From contig JAJYCJ010000001.1 of assembly GCA_021778515.1 (NCBI GenBank), forward strand, positions 4,396 to 68,395: DNA of 64,000 bases. The letters are read 5' to 3'. The position numbers and the translations under genes were made by a program. Shown in pieces: positions 45,211 to 54,409 of the stretch; within the stretch, counting starts at the first letter, position 1, and each line of letters starts with the position of its first letter. This stretch comes from Acidobacteriota bacterium. GTDB taxonomy: Bacteria > Acidobacteriota > UBA4820 > DSQY01. The notes below the pieces were generated by a model. It saw only the letters and a program-made list of their open reading frames with translations, ran no database searches and had not been told where the DNA came from.

Positions 45211-46362
45211 TCAAAGCCTGAATTCCAGGCCCTCTTGCAGGAAGGGGTCGCCCACCGGTGTGTCCTCGCCCTTGGCCATGGCTGCACGGGCGGCGAGCAG
45301 GCCCAGCGGCAGGAAGAGGAGGGCGAAGGAGAGCTCGGGCCACCCCAGCCGGACCTTCGCACCCACCGCCGGGAAGATGAGCCAGTAGAGGTCGATCAGC
45401 ATGAAGGCCAGAACCCAGAGGGAGACCCACCGCAGGCGCTTGGGATTGGTCTTGGCCTTCCGGCTCACGAGAGCGAGGAACGGGACGAAGAAGTGGCCGA
45501 TGCCCAGGATGAGCGACAGCGCCAGCCAGCCCCCGGTGGTCCGCTGCTTGAACCAGAAGACCTCCTCCGGCATGTCCCCGTACCACATGAGCATGTACTG
45601 GGCGAAGGCGATGTAGCCCCAGAAGACCGTGAAGGCGAAGAGAAAGCCGCCCAGGTTGTAGAGATGGTCCTTCGTGATCCCGGGCAGTCGTCCGCGATTG
45701 TAAAGGTACAGCGTGCCCAGCGTGGTGGCGGCGAGTCCCGACAGGAAGGTCCCCGCGAAGAGGTAGACGCCGAAGATGTCGCTGTACCAGACGGGCTCCA
45801 GGCTGGAGATCCAGTCGAAGGCCACCGTGGTCAGCGTGAGGGCGAAGATGGCCAACACCAGGGGCGCGTAGCGCCGGAGGCGAACGGTGATCATGGGGTC
45901 CCTGCTTCGGTCCTGCTCGAAGGAGCGCTTCACCACGAGCCGGTAGGCGAGGAACCAGAGAGCCACGCAGGCCAGGGTCCGAATGATGAAAAACGGCGTA
46001 TTGAGCCATGCCGACTTGAGGACCACCGCCGGCACCGACGCGCCCTCGGGCCTCGCCCACGGATAGAGCACGGGCAGGCACAGGAGGGCAGCCACCACCA
46101 GGGGCGTGACCCACAGGGCCAGGCTGGAGAGGCGTTCGGGCACGCGCCTGAGAGGCACGCTCCAGACGGACTGGACCTGGTGCTCCAGGGCCACGATGAA
46201 GAGGCAGCCCAGGCCCACGGCGATGCCGAAGACCATCCAGACGAGCCAGTTGGCCCAGAAGCGCGCCGGCCCCTCGACGAAGTAGGTGGCCGCCGCTCCC
46301 GACAGGCCCACGGCGGAAAGAAGGAGGAGGTTTCTGACCATGGTCCCGCTTCCGCTGCTCAT
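45211..46362 (-). CDS. actF: Alternative Complex III subunit ActF (NrfD-like polytopic membrane subunit)
   Basis: 383 aa, about 10 TM helices, homologous in architecture to ActC; ATGA overlap with the actDE stop; the ORF finder fused it with upstream sequence. Confidence 0.8.
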   Translation of the reverse strand: MSSGSGTMVRNLLLLSAVGLSGAAATYFVEGPARFWANWLVWMVFGIAVGLGCLFIVALEHQVQSVWSVPLRRVPERLSSLALWVTPLVVAALLCLPVLYPWARPEGASVPAVVLKSAWLNTPFFIIRTLACVALWFLAYRLVVKRSFEQDRSRDPMITVRLRRYAPLVLAIFALTLTTVAFDWISSLEPVWYSDIFGVYLFAGTFLSGLAATTLGTLYLYNRGRLPGITKDHLYNLGGFLFAFTVFWGYIAFAQYMLMWYGDMPEEVFWFKQRTTGGWLALSLILGIGHFFVPFLALVSRKAKTNPKRLRWVSLWVLAFMLIDLYWLIFPAVGAKVRLGWPELSFALLFLPLGLLAARAAMAKGEDTPVGDPFLQEGLEFRL

Positions 46363-47489
46363 TGCACGTCCTCCGGCTCTGCGTGCTGGGAGCGCTGCAA
46401 GGCCCTGACGTAATCCACGATGGCCCACCGGTCGTTGGCCGACAGGTCCGCGGCGTAGCTGGGCATGGCTCCCTTTCCCGCGGCAATGACGTAGTAGATG
46501 TAGCCGTCGGGCGCCTCGCGGTAGGTGGAGGCCTGGAGGTCGGCCGGCTTGGCCGTGTAGGCCGAGGTCAGCCACGGCTTGCCCGTCCCCAGGCGGTCGT
46601 GGCAGACGGCGCAGTGGTTGTTGAACAGGTCGCGCCCGGCCTGAAGGACGGCCGGCGTGACCGGGAGGGGGTTGATCAGCTCCTTCCCCGCCTCCTCCGG
46701 GCTCTTGGCCAGCAGCGGCATGTACCCTCGGGCCACGGTCCCGACGGGGGGGAGCTGCATGCCGTGGCCGTCCGCGAAGAAGGAGTCGGCCTTCTGCGCG
46801 TCGAGCCTGGGCTGCACCTCCATGTGGACCATGGGCGGAAGGGTCGGGTAGATCTTGATGGCCCAGGCGGTGCCGAAGCCCGTCACCACGCAGGCGGCGG
46901 TGATGCCGGAGAGGGTCTTGAGCCACCAGCCCAGGCCGGGAGGCGTCGAATCGGGAGCCGCCAGCACCTCCACCTCGGAGCCGCCCGTCTCCAGGAGCGC
47001 CGCGCTCGCCGCCTCCACGTCCAGCACCCCTGCCTCCGGCATGATGAGGAGGCCGAACCTGTCCTTGGTGGTCCCGCGGATGGCCTTGGAACCGAGGATG
47101 GGACTGCCGAAGAAGGGCAGCTTGTTGAAGAGGAAGAGCATGGCCAGCCCGGCGGTGAAGGTGGCGAAGAGCACCGTCACCTCGAACATGACCGGGACGA
47201 AGGCCTGCCAGGAGTTGAAGGGCTTGCCGCCGATCACCAGCGGGTAGTCCACGGCGCTCGTCCACCATTCGAAGAGGAAGCCGCTCACGGCCCCCAGAAC
47301 GGCCATGATGAAGACCAGCGTGCCCAGCCGCGATTTCTTCAGGCCCAGCGCCGCTTCCATCCCGTGGACGGGGAAAGGCGTGTAGGCCTCCAGGCTGGAG
47401 AAACCCCTGGCCTTGATCCCGGGGATCGCATCCAGGAGGGCCTGCGCGGTGGGATAGAGGGCGAGGACTCCGAAGGGCGCCTCAGGCAT
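46359..47489 (-). CDS. Alternative Complex III ActD-ActE fusion (DUF3341 membrane subunit plus monoheme cytochrome c)
   Basis: N-terminal ActD-like domain with TM helices (about 170 aa), and a C-terminal class I cytochrome c with CAVCHD...MPSY; a single 376-aa ORF. Confidence 0.8.
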   Translation of the reverse strand: MPEAPFGVLALYPTAQALLDAIPGIKARGFSSLEAYTPFPVHGMEAALGLKKSRLGTLVFIMAVLGAVSGFLFEWWTSAVDYPLVIGGKPFNSWQAFVPVMFEVTVLFATFTAGLAMLFLFNKLPFFGSPILGSKAIRGTTKDRFGLLIMPEAGVLDVEAASAALLETGGSEVEVLAAPDSTPPGLGWWLKTLSGITAACVVTGFGTAWAIKIYPTLPPMVHMEVQPRLDAQKADSFFADGHGMQLPPVGTVARGYMPLLAKSPEEAGKELINPLPVTPAVLQAGRDLFNNHCAVCHDRLGTGKPWLTSAYTAKPADLQASTYREAPDGYIYYVIAAGKGAMPSYAADLSANDRWAIVDYVRALQRSQHAEPEDVQ

Positions 47490-48870
47490 GGCCCACCTCC
47501 GCTGCGTGTTCGGGCTGGGCGTGGGGCACGTCCATCTTCACCTCGCTCGTGGCGATGACCGGTAGCACGCGTGCGAACAGCAGCACCAGCGTGAAGAAGA
47601 GACCGAAGGAGCCCAGCAGGATTCCGAAGTCCACCAGGGTGGGGATGAACACCCCCCACGACGAGGGCAGGAAGCTGCGGTGGAGTGAGAGGACGATGAT
47701 GGTGTACCGCTCGAACCACATGCCCACCGTGACGCACGACGAGACGAACAACATCACGGGGAAGGAGCGCCTGAACCGGGGCACCCAGAGGAGCTGGGGA
47801 ATGATCACGTTGCAGGTGATGGTGATCCATCCCGCCCACCACTGGTCGCCGAAGACGTAGTTGTAGAAGGTGTACCGGATGTAGGTGTTGGAGCTGTACC
47901 AGGCCGTGAAGCCCTCCATCAGGTAGGAGTAGCCCATCAGGCAGGACATGGTGAGGATCATCTTGTTCATCATGTCCATGTGGGTCATGGTGATGAGGTT
48001 CTCCATGTGCATGGTCTTGCGCACCACGGAGAGCACCAGCACCACCATGGCGAAGCCCGCGAAGATGGCCCCCGCCACGAAGTAGGGCGGGAAGATGGTC
48101 ATGTGCCAGCCCGGCACCAGGGAGACGGCGAAGTCGAAGGAGACCACGCTGTGCACGCTCAGCACGAGGCCGGTGGCGAGGCCCGCCAGCAGGAGGTAGG
48201 CCCTCTCGTAGTGGAGCCAATTCCTCGCGGAGCCCACCCAACCGAGGCTGAGGACCCGATAGATGCCCTTCCGGAGCCTGCTCGTGGTCCGCTCGCGCAT
48301 GGAGGCCAGATCGGGCATGAGCCCCAGGTACCAGAAGAGCAGCGACACGCTGAAGTAGGTGCTGACGGCGAAGACGTCCCAGACCAGCGGGGAGCGGAAG
48401 TTGATCCAGAGGTCCCGCACGTTGGGATAGGGAAACAGCCAGTAGCCGAACCAGGGGCGGCCCACGTGGATCAGGGGGAAGATGCCCGCGCAGCAGAGGG
48501 CGAAGATGGTCATGGCCTCGGCCGCCCTGGATATGGCGTTGCGCCAGCGCTTCCTGAACATGAAGAGGATGGCTGAGATGAGGGTCCCGGCGTGGCCGAT
48601 CCCCACCCAGAAGACGAAGTTGATGATGGGGAAGCCCCATGCCACGGGGACGTTGTTGCCCAGCGTCCCGATGCCCTCGTAAACCAGATAGCCGATGCAC
48701 CCGAATCCCATGAGCATGATGAGGCTCGTGATGGTGATGGCGATGAACCATCCCCGGCCCGGCTTGGTCTCCGGCCACGCCAGCACCTGATCATCGAGGC
48801 TGCCGACGGTGACCGGCCCCTCCATCAGCGGCTGGTGGCGGATCGCTTCGGGAAGCAGAGCCTCAGGCAT
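47482..48870 (-). CDS. actC: Alternative Complex III subunit ActC (NrfD/PsrC-like quinol-interacting membrane subunit)
   Basis: 462 aa, about 10 TM helices, typical ActC N-terminus; 8-nt overlap with the actB stop. Confidence 0.85.
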   Translation of the reverse strand: MPEALLPEAIRHQPLMEGPVTVGSLDDQVLAWPETKPGRGWFIAITITSLIMLMGFGCIGYLVYEGIGTLGNNVPVAWGFPIINFVFWVGIGHAGTLISAILFMFRKRWRNAISRAAEAMTIFALCCAGIFPLIHVGRPWFGYWLFPYPNVRDLWINFRSPLVWDVFAVSTYFSVSLLFWYLGLMPDLASMRERTTSRLRKGIYRVLSLGWVGSARNWLHYERAYLLLAGLATGLVLSVHSVVSFDFAVSLVPGWHMTIFPPYFVAGAIFAGFAMVVLVLSVVRKTMHMENLITMTHMDMMNKMILTMSCLMGYSYLMEGFTAWYSSNTYIRYTFYNYVFGDQWWAGWITITCNVIIPQLLWVPRFRRSFPVMLFVSSCVTVGMWFERYTIIVLSLHRSFLPSSWGVFIPTLVDFGILLGSFGLFFTLVLLFARVLPVIATSEVKMDVPHAQPEHAAEVGHA

Positions 48871-51747
48871 TCTTGTCCTCCCCTGGGACGGCGGGGTTCT
48901 TGAGCTCGGCCATGTAGGTGATGGCCGGCCGCGTGCCCAGCTCCTCCAGAACCTTGAAGCGGCGGTCGCTGCGGGAGAGGTGGGCCACCCGGCTGTCCTT
49001 GTCGTTGAGGTCGCCGAAGACGATGGCGCTCGCGGGACAGGCCGCCTGGCAGGCCGGCACGATCTCCCCGTCGCGGAGCGGGCGGTGCTCGTCCTGGGCC
49101 ACGCGCCTGCCGTTGACGATGCGCTGCACGCAGAAGGTGCACTTCTCCATGACGCCCCGCGGCCTCACCGTGACCTCGGGATTGAAGGCCAGGTCCAGCG
49201 GGTCCTTGATGAAGCTCGTGTAGTCCAGGAAGTTGAAGCGGCGCACCTTGTAGGGGCAGTTGTTGGAGCAGTACCTCGTGCCGACGCAGCGGTTGTACAC
49301 CATCTGGTTCAGGCCGTCGGGGCTGTGGGTCGTGGCCGCCACGGGACAGACGTTCTCGCAGGGGGCGTCGTCGCACTGCTGGCAGAGCATGGGCTGGTGG
49401 ACCACCTTCGGGTTGCCCGCGTCCCCTTCGTAGTACTTGTCGATCCGGATCCACTGCATCTCCCGCCCCCTCGACACCTGCTCGGGGCCCACCACGGGGA
49501 TGTTGTTCTCGGACTGGCAGGCGATGACGCAGCCGTTGCACCCCACGCAAGCCGACATGTCGATGGCCATGCCCCACTTCTCTCCCGTGTAGGGGTGGCC
49601 CTTGTAGAGGGTCACCTCCTGCTCGCCCTGGGGGTGTGCCGCCTCCTTCTTGTACTCGTCGAGGTCCCACAGCCTGACGATGTCGCGGCCCTCCAGGGAG
49701 AAGTGTTTTTGAGTCCTGCACAGCTCGCGATGGCCTCTGGTCGGGATCACGGCCGCATCCGTGCGAAGGAACGGGGAGCCCCCGGAGGCCATGAGGGGGA
49801 AGGCGTTGACGCCGATTCCCGATGCGACCCTGCCCTCCGTGCGCCCGTACCCCAGGGGAAGGGTGAGGACTCCTTGGGCCTGGCCCGGCTGGACCAGCGC
49901 GGGTACCTCCAGGCTCTTGCCGCCCACCTCGATGCGCAGCAGATCTCCGTCCTGCACGCTCAGCCTCTGGGCATCGGCCGCCGAGATCAGCGCGGCGCAG
50001 CCCCAGGTGAGGTCGGTGACGGGTTCGGGCAGCTCCTGGAGCCAGCCGATGTTGGCGTAGCGTCCATCCCACAGCTTCAGGTCGCGCACGAGCACGAGGT
50101 CCATGCCTTGGCCCGCGGGAACCTTCGCCCTGTCAATCGCTTCGACCAGGGCCGCGCTCTTGGGCTGGCGGGGCGCCCTGGGCTCCACATCCAGCCTGAG
50201 CACGCCATCGTGCACCGCCCCGTTCCAGTAGGCCTCGAAGGGCACTGGCGAGGCGGCCGGGTAGACCTCCCTCCGCCAGCGCCCCATGACGTAGAGCCTG
50301 TAGTCCGTCTCCACGGGTGCGCCTATGGCCTTGGCCCACCGCAGCAGGACCTCCTCCGCCTGACGGGTCTGGTAGAGCGGGCGGATGAGGGGCTGCTGGA
50401 GGCTCAGCAGATCCGTTCCCGCCTCGAAGTCCCCCCAGGACTCCATCCAGTGATTCACGGGAAGGACCACCTGGCAGGTCTTGGCCGTCTCGTCTTCCCG
50501 GAGGCCCAGCCGCACCCTGAGGGGCACGCGGGAGAGACCCTGGACGAAGGAGCCCGCGTCGGGCTGGTCGTAGGCCGGGTTCGCACCCCATACAATGGCC
50601 GCCGCGTACACACCGGAGGCGAGGTCCTTGGCGAGTACGGCCATGTCCTCAGGGGCCGCGAGCTGCACGGGCGCAGGCGCGAAGCCGGCGTCCACCGTGC
50701 TGCCCTCGGCGCCCAGCATGGCGTTGAGCAGCGAGACGGCGGCGTGCGCCTCGTAGGGAAGGCTCGGCCCGGCTGCCACGAGGGCCGCAGGACCCGCCTT
50801 GGCGAGGTCGTCCACCATGACCCCGAGGAGATGGAGGTCCAGCCCCTGCGCCCTGGCCACCTCCTTGAGCGCGAAGGGCGCCAGGGTGCTCGACGCCAAT
50901 CCGTCCGGAAGGGCCAGATGGTGGCGCTCGTGGAGCTCCAGCGCCAGGGCGAAAGCCACCGCGGCCGCCGCGGAGGGACGCATGGGAAGGCGGTGGTCCG
51001 CCTTCGTACCCGTGAGCGTCAGCGTGCCCTCCAAGGCGTAGAGCCGGTTCATCGGCTCCGTCGGCGAGGAGAGCCGCCGGTTCGCGGCGAAGCCCCGGAT
51101 GGCCGGGACGGCCTGGTCCATCGTGCCCAGCAGGTCCGCCTCCAGCGCCACGATCACCTTGGCCTTTTCCAGGTGGTAACGCGGGCAGAGGGCCTCGCCG
51201 AACACGGCCTGGGCCGCCGCGCGCCCCGCATGGTCCGCCGCGGGCTCCCACGCGACGTGCCGAAGCGTGGGCAGCACCGATTTCAGGTCGTTCAGGACCG
51301 CCCGCTGGCTCGGGGAGATCACCGCGGGCGTCACCAGGAGCAAGGCCTTGCCGCCCGAGGCGGCCGCCTTCAGGGCCGCAACCACTCGGCTGTCCACCGC
51401 GGCCCAGTCGGCGGGGTGTCCGTCCATCACGGGCTGCCTGAGCCGGTCCGGGTCGTAGAGGCCGATCACCTCCGCCATGATCCGCGGCGAGGTCTTGCCC
51501 TCGAAGAGGGGGTGCTCGTCGTTGCCGTCGATGTGGATGGGCCTGCCCTCGCGGGTCTTGACCAGCACGCCGTAGGGCACGAGCCCCTCCTGGACGGTGC
51601 TGGCGTAGTAGTTGGCCACGCCGGGGATCACCTCCGAAGGCTTCTTGGTGTAGGGAACGATGGTGTCGCCTTCGGGCGCTTGACAGGCGGCCGTGGCGGC
51701 GAGGGCCGCCGAGGCCCCCATGAGGCCCAGGAAGCGCCGCCTGGCCA
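48863..51747 (-). CDS. actB: Alternative Complex III subunit ActB (fused molybdopterin-oxidoreductase-like B1 and 4Fe-4S ferredoxin B2 domains), Tat-exported
   Basis: Tat motif MARRRFLGLMGASAALAATAA with RBS AGGGAG 5 nt upstream of ATG 51747; C-terminal Cys clusters (CVGCNGCVIACQSENN, CQQCDDAPC, CPYKVRRFN); the ORF finder offers an alternative GTG start at 51889 that adds 47 aa. Confidence 0.85.
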
Positions 51748-51881
51748 TGGGCTCCCTGGGCGGCTCCATGGGAGTGAGACCGTTCGGGCTCTCACTGCCA
51801 TCCCATCCGCCCGGGGTCACCGCCGCGGCCTTTGGCGGGAGGACCTTCCAGAAGGCCCTCCGCTTTTCGTCCCTCTCCTCG

Positions 51882-52091
51882 TTAGCCACGGCGTTTCACC
51901 GAGTGGAGCGGGCCGGCCACCCTTCTCGATGGCAGCGGGCCCCTCTGAGCGGCTTCCTCGCCGGCACCGGCCGGTGCGGCCGGGCGGGGGTACTCCCCAC
52001 CCCGCCCCCAGAACCTGCGCCCCAGGGCGAGGTTCCCCAGGAAGGCCGCGAGCATGCCCGCCAGGACCTTTCGACGACTCGTACCGGTCAT
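51882..52091 (-). CDS. Small hypothetical membrane/Tat-like protein (69 aa) between actA and actB
   Basis: ATG 33 nt after the actA stop with RBS GGAGAG; MTGTSRRKVLAGMLAAFLGNLALG hydrophobic N-terminus with an SRRxxL Tat-like motif; high GC3; the upstream part of the listed ORF 51882..52712 is the alternate frame of actA. Confidence 0.3.
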   Translation of the reverse strand: MTGTSRRKVLAGMLAAFLGNLALGRRFWGRGGEYPRPAAPAGAGEEAAQRGPLPSRRVAGPLHSVKRRG

Positions 52092-52123
52092 GGACACTCT
52101 CCTCTGCATCCTTGCCTCGGCTC

Positions 52124-52687
52124 TCATCGGTGACAGGCGTTGCAGTTGGTGGGTCCGGCCTGGATCGGCGAGCCCGGCGGGAGATAGCGCCTCGGGTCCC
52201 GGTGGCAGGCCAGGCAGTGGCCCATCCGCATGTTCATGACGCGCCTCACCCGGTCCATGTCCTGCACGTCGCCGTGGCAGCTCTGGCATGCGATGCCTGA
52301 GTTCACGTGCGGCCGGTGGTCGAAATAGACGTGGTCGGGGAGCTCGTAGATCCGCTTCCAGAGCAGCGGCTTGTTCGATTCGTAGATGGCCGTGAGCTCT
52401 TTGATGTACACGTTGTTGGTCTTGGCATAGCGATGACAGTTCATGCAGGTCTGGACCGCCGGAACGGTGGCGTGCCGAGAGCGCGTCGCGTTCGTATGGC
52501 AGTAGAGGCAGGGGATCCTCATCTGTCCGGCGTGAAGGCGGTGAGAGAAGGGGATGGGCTGTTTCGGGGCATAGCCAAGGACGAATCGGTCCGGCTCCGC
52601 GACCCATCCCACCGTGATCATGGTGATGAGGACGGCCGTTGCGCCGATGGGAATCGCGAACCGGAACAGACGGTCTAGCGGATGCAT
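52124..52687 (-). CDS. actA: Alternative Complex III subunit ActA (pentaheme cytochrome c)
   Basis: Five CxxCH motifs (CLYCH, CMNCH, CQSCH, CLACH, CNACH); N-terminal TM; start at MHPLDRLF with RBS GGGAGGAGG. Confidence 0.85.
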   Translation of the reverse strand: MHPLDRLFRFAIPIGATAVLITMITVGWVAEPDRFVLGYAPKQPIPFSHRLHAGQMRIPCLYCHTNATRSRHATVPAVQTCMNCHRYAKTNNVYIKELTAIYESNKPLLWKRIYELPDHVYFDHRPHVNSGIACQSCHGDVQDMDRVRRVMNMRMGHCLACHRDPRRYLPPGSPIQAGPTNCNACHR

Positions 52688-52960
52688 AAACCTCCTCCCA
52701 ATGGGGCCGCACAATTCTCTCTGCCTGGTTCCATCACGGCCTACTATCCCACAAGACTATCGTGAAATGGAATGTGAACGTGCCTCATCCATCCAAATCC
52801 TCTCGTGTAACCGGGCCCCGTTTTCGATTATTCCCCGCCGCCGCGGCCGTCCGTGAGGGGCCGATAGGGCCACGCGGTCCGTCGGCCACGGCAAGAAGAA
52901 AGCGCGCCTCGCGCGCGGGGTGGCTCGGCGTGCGGCCTGAGCCGGCGCCGGGGCCCGTCG

Positions 52961-54256
52961 TTACGGATAGAGCCGGTAGAGCATGCGCGGATAGGGAATG
53001 GTCTCCCGGACGTGGTTCAGGCCACAGAGCCAGGCCACCGTCCGCTCGAGGCCGATTCCGAAACCGCCGTGCTTCACGGTTCCGTACCTGCGGATGTCCA
53101 GGTACCACTGGAAGGCCTCTACCGGGAGGCCGTGCTCCTGGATGCGCGAGAGGAGCAGGTCGTGGTCGTGGATGCGCTCCGAGCCGCCGACGATCTCGCC
53201 GTAGCCCTCCGGGGCGAGCACGTCCACGCAGAGGGCGAGGCTCGGGTCTTCGGGATCGGGCTCCATGTAGAAGGCCTTCACCGACGCCGGGTAGCGGTGG
53301 ACCATGATGGGCCGGTCGTACTGCTGGGTGAGGATGGTCTCGTCGTCGCCGCCGAAGTCGTCGCCGTACTTCAGGTCGCTGCCCAGCTCGTGGAGCTGCC
53401 GCACGGCGTCCTTGTACTGCACGCGAGGGAAGGGCTTCTGCACCTTCTCCAGCTTGCTTGTGTCCCGCTCCAGGATCTTCAACTCCTCGGGGCAGCGGTC
53501 CAGGATCCGCGAGACGACGCTGACGAGGAAGTCCTCCGAAAGGGCCATCACGTCGTCGAGGCCCGCGAAGGCCATCTCCGGTTCGAGCATCCAGAATTCC
53601 ATGAGGTGCCGGCGCGTCTTGCTCTTCTCGGCCCGGAAGGTGGGGCCGAAACAGTAGACCTTCCCCAGCGCCATGCAGGCGGGCTCGAGGTAGAGCTGGC
53701 CGGACTGGCTGAGGTAGGCCTTCTCTCCGAAGTAGTCGGTCTCGAAGAGCGTGGTCGTCCCCTCGCAGGCCGCCGGCGTCAGGATGGGGCTGTCGATGAG
53801 GGTGAAGCCGCTCTCGTAGAAGTAGTCCCGGAAGGCCTGTTCGATCTCGGAGCGCACCCGCAGGATGGCCACCTGCCGGGAGGAGCGCAGCCACAGGTGC
53901 CGGTTCTCCATGAGGAAGCCCGTGCCGTGCTCCTTCTTGCCGATGGGGTACTCCTCGGCCATGTGGTGCAGAACCAGGCCGGAGAGGGAGAGCTCCACCC
54001 CGCCTGGCGCCCGCTGGTCGATCCGCACCGTTCCCTCCACCGTGACGGAGGACTCCAGGGTCGCGCGGTCCATGAGCTCGAAGACCTCGGGCGGAACATC
54101 CCGGACGAAGGCCACGCACTGGAGGTAGCCCGAGCCGTCCCGCAGGATGAGGAACCGGACCTTGCCGGAGGAGCGCTTGTTGTAGACCCAGCCGTCGAGG
54201 GTCACCTTCTCCCCGTCGTGGGCCGCCAGTTCCTTCACGGTGAGCTTGTGCAGCAT
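52961..54256 (-). CDS. asnS: Class IIb aminoacyl-tRNA synthetase, asparagine--tRNA ligase type
   Basis: 431 aa; N-terminal OB anticodon-binding domain; class II motifs ([33 protein letters not shown]-terminus); start at [11 protein letters not shown] with RBS AGGAG; archaeal-type AspRS cannot be fully excluded. Confidence 0.8.
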   Translation of the reverse strand: MLHKLTVKELAAHDGEKVTLDGWVYNKRSSGKVRFLILRDGSGYLQCVAFVRDVPPEVFELMDRATLESSVTVEGTVRIDQRAPGGVELSLSGLVLHHMAEEYPIGKKEHGTGFLMENRHLWLRSSRQVAILRVRSEIEQAFRDYFYESGFTLIDSPILTPAACEGTTTLFETDYFGEKAYLSQSGQLYLEPACMALGKVYCFGPTFRAEKSKTRRHLMEFWMLEPEMAFAGLDDVMALSEDFLVSVVSRILDRCPEELKILERDTSKLEKVQKPFPRVQYKDAVRQLHELGSDLKYGDDFGGDDETILTQQYDRPIMVHRYPASVKAFYMEPDPEDPSLALCVDVLAPEGYGEIVGGSERIHDHDLLLSRIQEHGLPVEAFQWYLDIRRYGTVKHGGFGIGLERTVAWLCGLNHVRETIPYPRMLYRLYP

Positions 54257-54409
54257 GGGGGCATCTCCTGACCGAGGGCTGGAATTATAGACAATTCGGG
54301 GCTTCCGGGCAATAGGGGGCGGTCGAAATGGCGAAATCAGGGAACCGCGCCGGGCCCGGCCCACCATCCAGTCGCGGCTGCCTCTCGCCTCGCGCCACTC
54401 TTGCCCGGC

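Noticed and set aside
51882-52712. 276-aa ORF on the minus strand across actA
   Set aside because: The N-terminal 200 aa are the alternate frame of actA (H/R/P-rich). Only the last 69 aa, after an internal ATG with an RBS, look coding, and I kept those as a low-confidence small ORF.
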